From: the human T2T-CHM13v2.0 reference genome, Homo sapiens
Length of the DNA: 64,000 nucleotides
Strand: one strand, 5' to 3'
Assembly: GCF_009914755.1 (NCBI RefSeq)
Contig: NC_060932.1
The position numbers and the translations under genes were made by a program. Positions 51,050 to 64,000 of the stretch are shown piece after piece; the stretch's first letter is position 1, and each line of letters opens with the position of its first letter. The notes under the pieces are model-generated. The model made no database searches, had not been told where the DNA came from, and saw nothing but the letters and a program-made list of their open reading frames with translations.

Positions 51050-52950
51050 AACACTTAAAGGCCCATTCTAAGAGTTTTTAGAAACCAGACTGTAGACTTG
51101 CAAGGTAGAACGCAGAGAGGTTATTTAGGTGGGTTGTACAATTTTCCAGGATGAAGAGGACTTGGAACAGGCTACCACCTGGGTAGAAGTGAGTACATTT
51201 TGGGTGTATTTTGAAGAAAGAACCAACGAGTTTCATTGATAGATTGTGGCACAGGAGAAAAAGAGGTAGGATAATGCTATAAATTTGGGCCTAACAGGAT
51301 GAATAAAATTGACATTTACTGAGAAGAATATTGGGGAAAAAACCACGTTGAAGGTAAGGAGAATCGGAAAGTTTTGAACATGCAAGTGTTAGGTGCTTTT
51401 TAGGCATCTAAGTGCAGACGTTGAGTAGATAGTTGCATGTATGAGTCTGGAGACTGGGGCTAGAGCTGCACATTTAGGCATCACCAGATCATGAAAGATT
51501 TTTAAACTGAGGCTTTGATGATATCACTTCAGAATGAGTTGGTTAGAGAAGAGCAGAGCACTGAGGTTTGAGTTATCAAGGCATTCTGACCTTCAGAAGG
51601 TGGACTAATGAAGAGGGACTAGCTAAAGGATCTTGGGAAAAAGTGGCCAGGAAGGTAAAAGACTTGTAGTACCTTGTGTCTCAAAAGTGAAGAAGAGTTT
51701 TTGTAGAAGGAGTTAATATTATTAAATGCTGCCAGTGGACCACATATGATGGAGACTAATGATTGGGTTTATTGCTGAGGAAGTCACTGGCATCCATGAA
51801 AGCCTGTTTGGAATGGGCCCGAGAGAACAGGAGAAGGAATAGAGAAAGTGGGTATAATCAACTCCTGAATTTTGTTCTAAAGACAGTTGTTTGTAGGAGG
51901 ACATAAGGTGAAGGGAAAGGCTTTATCAATATTAGTGATATTACAACAACTTGCTATACACATGAGAATTATTCAGCAGAGAAAATATTGAAAAATCAAT
52001 ACTGTAGGAGAAAGAAGATAATTTCCTGGAGTGAGGTTCTTCAGTGAACAAGAAAGTCTGGTGCCTAAGTGGAACATTTGGTCCCACAACGAAGTGTGTA
52101 TATTTTAGCTATTGTAACAGGAGAGGAAGAGAGTATATGAATTCAGGCGTGTGTGAGTTGATAGATTTGTAGGTGTGATGATGTACACATTCTCTTTTGT
52201 TTCCATTTTCTACATAAAAAGTAGAAGAGTTTTTTCAGCAAGAGGGAGATTCTATGAACTAAGTTGTGGAACCCCACCCCTCCCAGAGATTTTGTATGTT
52301 GAAATCCTAACCTCCAATGTGATAGTATTTGGAATGGGGACTTTGGGACATAATTAGGTTTAGGGGAGGTCATGAGGCTGGGGCCTTCATGATTGGATGA
52401 CTTGCTCTTATGAGAAGAAACACCAGAGAGCTTGCCCTCTCTCTGCCATGTGAGGACACAGGGAGAATGTGGCTGTCTACAAACCAGAAAGAGGGTCCTC
52501 ACCAAGGAACCACATTAGTCAGCAACTAGATCTTGGAATTCAAGCCTGCAGAAATGTGAGAAAATAAATTTCTGTTGTTTAAGCCACCCAGTTTGTGACA
52601 TTTTGTTACCTAAAGCAAACTAAAACAGAAGAAGATATGTTAGAGATTTGAGGAGAAAATATGTAAAAGTAATATAGGAGAACAATAAGTGAATTGAGCA
52701 GGGAAATGTAATAGTAAGTTTGGCAGGCAGTTCTGAGGGCTTACCTAAGATTTTTATTCATAAATTTAAAGTTGGACTGTTCAGCATAGTTTCAGGTTTT
52801 ATTCTAGCATTATTCAGCTACTTTAGTGCACAGAGAACAGTGTTGGACAAGGAAGTTTGAGTTATTGGGATATAATATGATGGAGGGAAAGAAGGAAAAG
52901 GAATTAGGGTGTTTACAATCATATGGTAAGTATGGTGTATAAAGATCACG
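51050..52950 (-). mobile_element. Extended degenerate L2, interrupted by MLT1A
   Basis: Purine-rich L2-like sequence, e.g. ggcatctaagtgcagacgttgagtagatagttgcatgtatgagtctggag. Confidence 0.6.
52250..52627 (+). mobile_element. MLT1A-type MaLR solo LTR
   Basis: tatgttgaaatcctaacctccaatgtgatagtatttgga...ccatgtgaggacacag...aataaatttctgttgtttaagccacccag. Confidence 0.88.
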
Positions 52951-53021
52951 TCAATGGTGGCAATATGCTAATAAACAATTATGAGTGTGAAACATGTATG
53001 ATCTATTAAAAATTCTAACAG

Positions 53022-53588
53022 ATAGGGTGGGTTTGTCATCTGTCAACTTGGCTAGGCTCAACAATATTTCCCAAAATTCCCTTTCTTGTATATTGCCAGT
53101 TAGAGTGGGCCACTAGAGAATGTTCATAGGATGTTTGGGGAATGGAAATTAAACAGAAATTTAATTTGTGGTTCATACCCAGTGGGGCTGTTTTGGATCT
53201 TGGTTTGGACAGCAACTGGGTCTGCAGCTTTAATTCCTTCCCCTGGATCCTCCTCCTCCTCTTGGCAGGTATGTGTCTAGCTACATGACAGGTGCCATCT
53301 TTCTGTGCAGAACACTGTGTCATCAAGATTGCAGGCAGTGAGAACTGGCATGGGTTTTATTCTTTCCTCATGGGTTCTAGTTGGTCCTTGATCTCCCCTG
53401 TATTACATCCATCTTGTGTCCCCAACTTTCTGCCCTGCAGACTTCAAGCTCCAACATCAAATGGAAGACAACAGCCTTACAAATACTACTGAGCCAGCTC
53501 CCATGATTGTGTAAGATTCAATCCTGATAACATGTCCCTTATTTTACATGCAGTGGTTCTGCTTCTCTGATAGAATTATTTCTGATGC
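53022..53588 (+). mobile_element. MLT2-type (ERVL) LTR
   Basis: tgtcaacttggctaggc...gtggttctgcttctctgatagaa. Confidence 0.7.
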
Positions 53589-54303
53589 CAGAGATTTATA
53601 GCACATGTCATGTTGTAAACTGAGATGATTAACTATTGGGCAGGTGTCAATTCTCCCTGAAAGCAGTTATGAATTTAATAGTCCTGATACAAATCCAGTT
53701 GGACACCTCCGAGAACTTAAAATGTCAGTAAGAATAGTTTAACAGTAAGTATGCCACAGAACACAGAAAGTCTCTGCACTGAATCTCTGAGGCTCCCTGG
53801 TGGGAGCATAAGGCTGGAACAAATTAATAGAAGTGGCCAGGTTCTGTACCATGCTTTGAAGCATGACATAGTTAAGTTGTGTGAAAGGTCTGGAGCAAGC
53901 AAACATAAACCAGAATGCAAGATGTTCATTTCAGATGGCAAGAATTAAGTGGAATAAAACAGTAGTTATAGCTAGCACATATGGTATATCTATGTGTGAG
54001 ACACTCATTTTCTAAGTGCTACACACACATACTAGCTCATTTTATCATTACAGTAACCCTATGAGGTAAGTATTATTGTTTCTATTTTACACATCAAAAA
54101 TGGAATCAGAGAGATTGAAGAACTTGCCCCAGGTCCCACCAGTAAGTAGCAATAAGGTCACGCCAGAGAGTGATGGAGGTTAGAGCTCCTACCCTACTTT
54201 CTCCTATTTTTCTTCGTTTTGACTTCAGCTCTGCTATTTGAGAAATTACCCTGGTACAGGCAGGAAATGGAGCAGCTCAATACCCCCAAGATACCCTTTA
54301 GAG

Positions 54304-54513
54304 CAGGGGTCTCCAACCACCTGAGCTCTACCTCCTGTCAGACCAGTGGTGGCATTAGATTCTCATAAGAGCATGCACTCTAAATACTATTCTTAGATTG
54401 ACGGATGTAAGTACTAGATCCCTGCACATACAATCTAGTACTTTTGCACAATCCATGGAAAAATTGTCTTCCACCAAACCAGTCCCTGGTGCCAAAAAGG
54501 TTGGGGACCACTG
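54304..54513 (+). mobile_element. MER1B (hAT-Charlie), internally rearranged
   Basis: TIRs caggggtctccaacc / ggttggggaccactg; perfect 8-bp TSD ctttagag at 54296-54303 and 54514-54521. Confidence 0.9.
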
Positions 54514-55049
54514 CTTTAGAGGAAGGTAGTAACAATTAATCTTGTAACTAAGTGAATGAACTTGGACCACTGAAGATGGAGAAAATCAACTCCATGAGCA
54601 GAGCCAGGAAAAACAGGTAAAAACAATTGACCCTGTCATTAATCTTATGTGTTGCTGGGCTATTGGCATAAGGCTGGCAGAATGACCCAGGGACAGACTA
54701 TTGAGTGAAACATGTTAAGGAGCAAAAACCAAGACAAAAGTTGTTTTACATCCTTATGTGTGAGGCATTTCAGTGCACACCAACATAAGGACACTCCTTA
54801 TCATGCCAAGGTGGATGGACAGATCAGCAATCAGAATAGGGAGGGAAGGATGTCATGCTGCTCCAGGCCTGTACACAGGTGGTCTTACTGTTAAAAGATA
54901 AGGCAGCATCAGTGGCTGGAACACATTGCCTTTGTGCAGTAGGGAAGTAGTTGGGCAGGGATTTAAGGGATTATCATTTTTCATAAAAGTCCTTGTAAGA
55001 TTTTTAAGCCTACAATCGTCTTCATATATGTCTCTGATGAAAGAGTACG

Positions 55050-55700
55050 CACTAAAAGTTATAATAGAATCCAATTCTTTGCCTTTCAAATTAGCAAAGA
55101 TATTAGTGAGCCTGGGATGAAAACACTAGTAAGTAAGTGTGTGATGGAATGCACTAGTTATTGCTGCTGGCAGTGTTAATCGGTATGACCTTTCTGGAAA
55201 GCAATTTATCAGTATTTATCAAGAGTCCTAAGAAACCTGATATCATCTGAACAGTAATTTCACCCTGGAAAATCTACTGTAATAAAATAATTCCAAATCT
55301 AGAAAAGAGCTTTATACCCAAAGAAGTTCAGAGGTTCACCATTAATTATTGTGAAAAACTGGAAACAGAATATCCAATCATAAATAAATGAACCATGGTA
55401 TACCCACTCAATAAAATAGTAAATGCCACTAAAAGTATTTACAAAGATTATGCAATAACATGGCTACCACTAATGGAAGAGTAAGTGAAAAGAACCGAAC
55501 ATGAAATCATTTATGCCATATGTAAGATACATATTATAAAGACACAAATATATATTTTTTGAAGTACACCTTTTTTTTTGTCAAAGGATTAGAATACAAA
55601 GACCACAGTTGTTAGAAAAAAGTAGTTGAAGGTAGCTGGTAGGAAAATGGATAGTTTTCCTTGCTTTGTTTCTACTTGTGTGAATTTTCAAATGTCTGTT
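55050..55700 (+). mobile_element. Old L1M 3' fragment
   Basis: attgctgctggcagtgttaatcggtatgacctttctggaaagcaattt...aaccatggtatacccactcaat. Confidence 0.65.
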
Positions 55701-56432
55701 AATGTCTCAAATGAAAAAATTAAGGAAGTTATATGCAATGACAGTAGTGTAAATTTAATTTTCAGAAAGAAAGGGAAACAAATGAACAAACCTAAGCCCC
55801 TTCAACCCAACATAATTAAAGCCAAAGTGAAGTCCCCAGACTTCCAAAATGTAATTTAATGTTCCCCTATTGTAGCTGTTACAGGAATAGCTTTCAAAGT
55901 AAAGCCCATAATAGAACCTAAAATAAATAAATGTTCTGAATGTGTAGCAGAGCTTGGTTTATTTTGAATCAGTTGGCTGACAAACTTTGTTGTGATTAAC
56001 CTGCATGGGCAGGCAGAAATTTAACCTGAATATTTGGTTAGATTGCATCCATCTTGCTTATTCCACTGAAGAAAAATTAATATTTTATAGGGAACAGGTG
56101 AGGGTGGGAAGTGAGGAGAAATTACAGACAAGTGTGTTTTATATTAGAGACTCTTCTAGGCCGTGGCTCCAAGGTAGAATTATTTGTTGGCACAACTACT
56201 CCTTTGCAAAACTGTTTATGGTGCAAAAGCAATGGCGTGTGGGTGCACCTGCGCCAGGTTTCTTCAGGTTCTCTCGGGAGATGACAGCCAGGGCTTCTCA
56301 TTTGTGACCCACTAACATACTTTTAAAAATTTCTTCTGAAGGACTGGTTGTTATTAATGCCTAGCTCTTCAGAAATGTTTAAAAACCCCATAAATAGCAT
56401 TTTTCGGTTGTTGCCCTAAAACTAGGCTTTTA

Positions 56433-56545
56433 ATGTGTGTATATATATACACACACATATATATACACATATACACATATATATGTATACACACTATTTT
56501 TTCTATATATTTAAAATATGTTATATATAATGTATTATATATATT
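56433..56545. repeat. (TA)/(CA) compound microsatellite and low-complexity sequence
   Basis: tgtgtgtatatatatacacacacatatatatacacatatacacatatatatgtatacac... Confidence 0.9.
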
Positions 56546-58546
56546 TTCAAAAGTTTAGGAAAAATAAATACTTGGATATATACATATAAATTCCATGGAC
56601 TCACAAGATGCTGTATGTAATTTCACTTTTGTTTAAAAGTATCTCCTGCCCTTTTCCAAGTGTGAAATTAGTTATTTATTATAAAAGATAATATCAAAGA
56701 AAGTATGACAGGATAGTTTTGTCTGCATTTTGGACTTCTGAAAATTTTTGAAGATAGACACATGTAATAGACCATCAGGTCATTTCATATTTGCTCTTCT
56801 TTTTCTGCATACCTAGTGAGATAATTATATTATGGGAATTTGTACATTCTGTCTATGCTGACACTACTATTTTTACTTTCAAATTTGACTGCTGCCTTCA
56901 GCATTGTGCAATGTTTGGCTAATATCACATTTTGGCTGTGTCAAGAGTTTCTTGGTATACATTATTGCAATAGATTTTGTTATTGGTTCCAGATACGTTT
57001 ATATGTCTTTCTTGTTCTCAGTTTCTGGAGGTTAATCTGCCTAGCATCTTTCCTTTTCTTGCAGAAAGGAATCTAGGAATCCTTGAGAGCTGAATAAAAC
57101 TGCCACATTATTTTTTTTAAAGAGCTGAATGAAGTTTTTGGAGAGAAAACTATAAACTGACTCAAAGGGAAACCTTGCTAGGTATGAAAAATTGCAGACA
57201 AATTTAGAAGTATTTTTATATATAGTCCTTTTCCATTCTTGCTGAGAATCACAAGTTGAAAAAAAGTGTTCAATGGTAGGCATTCAAGTGCATGAAAAGC
57301 ATCTTGGTGTACAGACGTCTAAAGTTGAAACTAGCTCTATATTTGGCCATTAAAATAAATGTAGCATGGCAAAAGTGGCCAGTACAGTAGTTTTCATTTT
57401 GTTTTGGCTAATCAATATGATAAACAGATGGGTTTATCTTGCAAGCTGTTCCAGCCAACCAAGTTTTCAAAAAAAGCATTCAATTTTAATCCCTGTCTCA
57501 ATATAAGCAATGCATTAATACATGTGAGTGACTGGATATAATCTAAACAGTTTTATCTTTATCTCTTATCACTCCTTTTAACTTTATTTAGTTGGGGAAA
57601 CCTTTCCTCTATTAGATGAAAATTTAGCAGATTCTAAATGTTTATGCTCACACTTAAGGTATGTAGTTACTGTAAGAGATAAGATATAGTCTTAATGCAT
57701 AATTTAAAAAATAATCCAGAGAAATATATTAGCACTTTAATCAAGAGTGAAAGGTTGAGTTCTATAGATGGCAGTCTGGGGGATTTGCAGAGGAGGAAGA
57801 AAAGCTTATTAGCACCCTTTTCCTGGGCCTGGATTCTCTAGCTGTAATTCTAGATTCTGCCAGGGAAGAAGGGAGAAATTTAGGGAGACAAAGAGGCAAG
57901 TTGTTTCCTAACTGGTGATAGGTACTGTCAAAACCTGACTTCTTACTCCGCAGGTGTTTGCAACTAATGCTTTTTCTTGTGAGTATTTGAAGACCTATGA
58001 CTGGCCCTGTCCAGCAGCAGCTCCCACAGCACAGGTAATGTTTCTCTTCCTGCCTCAGCCCTGGTACTGAGACTCTGTCCATCTCAGGGCTGATCCAAAT
58101 CCTTTTGTGCTCCAGGCAAGCTCTCTCCCTAACGTGCCCACATCTGGTCCATGGGAAACACACATTCTTTGATTTTTACCAGTGGAAATATAGTTACATC
58201 ACAAACACAGGCCTCTCTTCTCTCTATTGTCCCTGCACAAGCCATTTAACTTTCTCAGTCCATGTTATTCCCCCTGCAGAGAATATCGGGCCCTCCAAGT
58301 GAAGCCCTTACTTACATTGAGATGTGTGGGCAACAAACTCTTCTTTTCCTTGGGTAGTAGAGGTAAGGCTCAAGCCCAGCTTTTTCCATGGGAACCTTCC
58401 CCACAACATTCTGTTTCATTCTGTGCACACTGTCACTTTTTAATATATCCTTAATCTGTCTCAGAAGCTCAAGTGTGAAACCAGTTTTTGCACATTTTGT
58501 TTGTGAATTCTGCATTTTGTTTGGGCCTTAGCTTTGGCATCTTTGT

Positions 58547-59063
58547 GATGAAGTTCAGGATGTGGTACCCCAACATATGGCACCTTGGCATTTTGAGTAT
58601 TTCAAACTAAAGAGATTTGAGAAAACGACAAAATAAGGAAGGTCTCTTTGCCCCTTGGGGGCAGTTTATGAAACCTACCAGGGATTTTTTGACCTTCCCC
58701 TGAGGCAGACAAAACACTCATGTGAGAGGTATGCTCCCTCTACCCATAGGAAAGAAGCATCTTGACCTCCAAATACAGAGTTGCTAAGGAGAATCTGAAC
58801 AGGCCTTGCTAAATTAGATCATAATCTTTTTGCTCTATCATATTGTTCCAGAACTCTCCATTCTTCATCAAACCTTCTGTAAAAAAACACTCACGTTTAA
58901 TAGTTACTTTGGGTCTTCATTTCCTTATGAAAACTCCTGTGTCACATAAAACTTATATTAAATAAATGAGTTTGCATTTTTCTTGTTAATCTGTCTTTTG
59001 TTACAGGGGCCTCAGGCATGAACCTAAGATGGTTAGGAGGAAAAATATTTTTCCTTTCTTTTA
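58547..59063 (+). mobile_element. ERV1 solo LTR, MER34/MER39-like
   Basis: gttcaggatgtggtaccccaacatatggcaccttggc...ttaatctgtcttttgttacaggggcctcagg...gaacctaagatgg. Confidence 0.78.
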
Positions 59064-59145
59064 GTTGCCTGGGTCAAAACTTTCAGTGAACGCACTGTTA
59101 CACTGATGTGAACGCCAATGACAGTCATGTTACTTTGATCTTGGA

Positions 59146-59320
59146 CTAAGATTTCCAAATAAAATACAGGACATCCATTTAAATTTAAGATAAACAATGA
59201 ACTATTTTTAGTACATGTCCCATGAACCATTCAAAAATGCATATGCTAAAAATTATTCATATTTATCTGAAATTCAAGTTTGTGCATTCTGTATTTTATT
59301 TGCTAAACCTGGCAACTGTA
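59146..59320. mobile_element. MER53-like hAT MITE
   Basis: aaataaaatacaggacatcc ... ctgtattttatttgctaaacctggcaact, inverted-arm structure. Confidence 0.65.
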
Positions 59321-61238
59321 TCTTAGCCAAAGCCCTGTACATGCCACTGGAAGACATTCTGATGAACATTTCATTATCTGCAGGGTTTAATGTATGTATA
59401 TGTATATGTCTTTCATGTCCAAAGTAGATAACTGTTCAACAAATTTGTTTTGATCGCAAATACTACACACCCAGAAGCAGCACCACATCTATTGCCATCT
59501 TCCTGGCTACTAATTTGTTTTGAGGTTAGAATAAAGCCTGTTTTCCATTAGCCATGTTGAGGCTTGGTTTCAGGAGGATTCTAATATATTTTGTTACAGG
59601 AAATAAGCTGTTTGCTCTGCTATTAAACAATTCTTAATTGCTTGCATTTATGCTTTAACTCAAATACTTACTTATAATATGTCTTGTAAGGAGTTCAAAT
59701 ACATTACAAATGCATCCAATTAAGGCTATCTGATTCTACTGTTGATATTGTTAGATACTGTGCTATGGTCATACTTTTACTAATAAAGGGATTGAGCAAT
59801 GAGGTTACAAAAAAATCATAGAATAAGGATGCTGTTTACCAAATTAAAAAGTTTCTACTTAATATTTTTTATTTTACATTAGGAGACTTTTTTCAGCTCA
59901 AAGTTTTCTTAACATCTTGGAACTTTGTGGTAGACAGAGAGAGAGGTGCTTGAGAGGATGCCATGGAAGATGGGATCCTTCTTAGCTGCAAATTCTGAAA
60001 ATTTTAGCAGAAAATAACATGGTGAATAAAATTTTTAATGGAAATTCTTTGGTGATGCTTTAAATATATACCAAATGTTTTCTTTCAAAGCTAACATTAC
60101 TGTTTTCTTTCAAAGCCTTAGCGTCTCACTGGAATGACTTTTATTTTTAAACTTAAGAGGATAGGACCTCAATTAAGTTGTGTTTGTGAGAAAAGCATAG
60201 AATGGAACGAAAAAGAACTACCTTAAAAGAAGCTAATGTGAAAAATAGTGCATGATTTCGACATTTTATGTCACTACAAATTCACCAGGAGCTAATGGTG
60301 TGACCACACTAGATAAAATTAATATTGGTATGACCACTTCTGTGCTCATTTTGGGGTGAAGTGGAGGATGTGAAAGGATTCACAATGTCTTTGTGAAGAA
60401 GATGTTAAATAAGTAGATCATTAGTCTGAGGCTATCTACATAGTTTGAGTTCCTAAGTAGCAAACCACAACCTAACTTAGGAATATAACAAAGAGCCAAG
60501 TTTTGGCCAATTACATGCTGACAACTTACTGCACTGTGCCCAAATAAGGCAATGTCTAACTGTAAAGAATCAGGTGATTTCTCTACTTTGCTTCTCCATC
60601 TGGCCTGTAAAAGCTTGTTGCTCACTCTGCTGGGCAGAGCTCTTTGAACCTTTTCTGGTCCTGAGTCCTGCCCGATTCATGAATCATTCTTTGTTCAAAT
60701 AAATATTGCTAAAATTAATTTCTCTAAAGTTGCTTCTTAATAATAGTTTGGCATCAGAAGTGGGATATGAAGGAGACTTCCAGTGACCCAGAGAAGGTTT
60801 CCACTAGACCCATCATTCTTTCACAGTAACTGGAGGTCATGGGTAAGTTTCTTCTTGGATTCAAGCTCTGCAAATTTCTGTTTTTTGTTCTGACTTTATT
60901 GAGCAATTCTTTGACCAGACTGGGTTCAGGATTGGATGACATCCAATAAGGAAAATGGACTGGGACCACTAAGACACCTTCAGCAGAGAAGGTTACTAGA
61001 AGACAGGGAATCATGGGATCATTTGGATCCAAGGAATCTATAACTCCTCAATCTGGAATTCTGGCTAATTTCATGTACAAGAACTATGGATGCAAAACAT
61101 GCTTTTCTAGTGAGATGGGTGGACCTTATCAAAGATAACTTAGAATTGCAGTGGAGAAACTCCTTGCAAAAGGACATGTATTTTTATAGCTACAACAGCT
61201 ACAGGGACCAAGAGGACCTCCATGTATACATTCTAAAC

Positions 61239-61568
61239 CAGGATTCCCCAGCCCCCCAGGCCATGTACTTATATCAGTCTGTGGCCTATTAGGAACTGGG
61301 CCACTCAGGAGGTAAGTGGTGGGCAAGTGAGCATTACCACCTGAGCTCCATCTCTGGTCAATGACTGTGGCATTAAATTCTCGTAGGAGTGTGAACCCTA
61401 TTGTGAACTGCACATGTAGAGGATCTGGGTTGTGCACTCCTTATGAGACTAATGCCTGATGATCTGAGGTGGAACAGTTTCATCCTAAAACTATCCCCCC
61501 ACCCTGTCTGTGGAAAAATTATCTTTCATGACACCTGTCCCTGGTGCCATAAAGGTTGGGGACCACCA
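61239..61568 (+). mobile_element. MER1B inserted in the ERV internal region
   Basis: caggattccccagccccc...aaaggttggggaccacca; 8-bp TSD ttctaaac at 61231-61238 and 61569-61576. Confidence 0.9.
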
Positions 61569-62358
61569 TTCTAAACCAAACCAAGAGGTCCCAAACTGTG
61601 CCCTATGCCCTGAGATGTCTTCCTTTATTGTAAATAGCCAGGCCACTGGAAAATAAATTGTCCATGCTTACACCGGCCATCTGATAGACATTTTTCCTTT
61701 GGCCTGGACCATTTCCTCACTAGAGGAAATCAAGCCAAGGGCTTGATTCCCAGGACAATAATTAACCAATCCCTCCAAGAAAAAAAAAAAAAAAACCAGA
61801 AGAATATTTGAAACCCCAATTGCAGAAATAAAGTTCATTTTCAGAAAAGCACTTGTAAAAATTAGTCCTCTGTTTTCTCGAATCCTGTTCTCCCCTGGGA
61901 CCCTCTCTGACAAATGATATGTTCTGCCAACATTGTCTTTCTTGTTATCATTGCCTTTGCTATGCCCCAAAACTCTTTCTTGCAAAACAAACAAAAGTTA
62001 ACCCATCTCTGACAATAAGGCAAGATTAGAAGTATCCATGCTGAGTGCAGGCATAGAAAATGCTTGTCTTATTCTTTTCTGGACTCAACCCTGAACTCAG
62101 TTATACAGTTAAAACACAAGCTGGGCAGGGAAACCACTGATCCAGCTGAATTAGTCTCTAAAATTTGTCTTTCTGGCATTAGAACTATTTTTAGCTTATT
62201 TTAAAACCCTTTTGCAAGAGAAATTTACATCTATAAAGGAAATCTCCATTTGTCAAAGCTTCTTCCCAGTGCAGAAAGAGAGACTAAGTCACTAGAAACT
62301 CTTACAATGGAGAAGGCATTGGCTTAAATTTATATAAGAAGCCTTACCCTTGGTTTAA

Positions 62359-62681
<323 letters not shown>

Positions 62682-63096
62682 CATCTTGTTTTAACTAGAC
62701 CTTTACCTACACTCCTGTTTCATGGTTTAGGCAAATGGCAGTATTTAAGCCTGAAGTCTAAGCTCTATGCCTTTGAGATGTAAATGTTCTACCTGTCTTC
62801 TCTAAGACCTGACAGCTGTCCCTTTAAAATTTAAGTTTAGGGGAGATGACTCATTAGAAGAACTAAAAATAGGTATTTAGAAACTGGACAAATAAAAATG
62901 ATTGATTTTCCACAAATATTAGTAAACAGTTTTAGCCATCAGGAAATCTTGTTTGATTATCCAGAAATACAATTTGGCTTCAGATCTTATTTAATAAATT
63001 AGTGAGCTTTGTATTACTGTACCAGGCACATCACCAAAATTTTAAAATAAAAGCTATAAGATCAGTTTCTATGTGTTTATGTATGTATGTCTGTAT

Positions 63097-63501
63097 TGAT
63101 GAAGAGTCAAACTGTAAAATATTTGAAGAGATTTATTTTGAGCTAAAGTAAGTAACCATGACACAGCCTCTCAGGAGGTCCTGAGAACATGTGCCCAAGA
63201 TGGTCGGGGTACAGCTTTGTTTTACACATTTAGAGAGATACAAGACTTCAATCAAATTCATTTAAGATGTACATTGGTTTGGTCCAGAAAGGTGGGACAA
63301 CTTGAAGCAGGGCTTTCAGGTTATTGGTAGATTTAAAATTTTCAGGTTGATAACTGGCTGAGTTTATCTAAAGACCTGGGGTCATAGAAAGGAAATGTTT
63401 GGGTTGTGATAAGAGGCTGTGGAGACCAAAGTTTTGTCATGCACATAAAGCCTCCAGGTGGCTGGCTTCAAAGAGAATAGATTGTAAATGCTTCTTATCA
63501 G
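63097..63501 (-). mobile_element. MER4-type LTR, truncated by L1
   Basis: tgatgaagagtcaaactgtaaaatatttgaagagatttatt...caggaggtcctgagaacatgtgcccaagatggtcggggtacag. Confidence 0.85.
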
Positions 63502-64000
63502 AAAATTAACAAAGGTATTCAGGACTTGAACTCAGCTCTGGATCAAGTGGACCTAATATACATCTATAAAGGCCAATGACATTATGAAGAAACTATCAAT
63601 TAATGGGCAAAGTAACCAGCTAGCATCACAATGACAGGATCAGAGTCACACATAACAATATTAACCTTAAATGTAAATGGGCTAAATGCCCCAATTAAAA
63701 GACACAGACTGGCAAACTGGATAAAGAGTCAAGACCCATTGATGTGCTATATTCAGGAGACTCACCTCATGTGCAAAGACATACATAGGCTCAAAATAAA
63801 GGGATGGAGAAAAAATTATCAGGCAAGTGGAAAGCAAAAAAAAATAAAAGCAGAGGTTGCAATCCTAGTCTCTGATAAAACAGACTTTAAACCAACAAAG
63901 ATTAAAAAAAAAAAAAAAAGACAAGGGCATTACATAATCATAAAGGGATCAATTCAACAGAAGAGCTAACTATCCTAAATATATACACACCCAATACAGG
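63502..64000 (+). mobile_element. L1PA (older primate): ORF1 end, spacer and ORF2 endonuclease start; runs off the window
   Basis: ORF 63631..63969 MTGSESHITILTLNVNGLNAPIKRHRLANWIK...IQETHL is the L1 ORF2p endonuclease domain; frameshifted at A-runs. Confidence 0.95.

Overview
Primate (human-like) AT-rich intergenic DNA, dominated by transposable elements: Alu, L1PA and old L1M, L2, MIR, MaLR LTRs (THE1, MLT1), ERV1 LTRs (MER52, MER39/34-like, MER50, MER4 group) and DNA-transposon relics (MER1, MER3, MER44, MER53). I see no intact host protein-coding gene, and nearly all ORF-track entries are chance or repeat-derived. The standout is a ~3.7 kb minus-strand segment (about 11773 to 7697, split by an Alu) that matches no repeat I recognise. 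Translated by hand across frameshifts, it gives an ordered, mostly correctly spaced series of Mononegavirales L-polymerase motifs: the C-terminal RdRp region, capping (PRNTase) motifs and a methyltransferase-like GxG motif. It ends in a gene-end/poly(A)-like tract. I interpret it as a degraded non-retroviral endogenous viral element; several motifs look paramyxo/filo/rhabdo-like rather than bornavirus-like. All repeat names and viral motif comparisons are by eye from remembered consensus sequences and need RepeatMasker/HMM confirmation.
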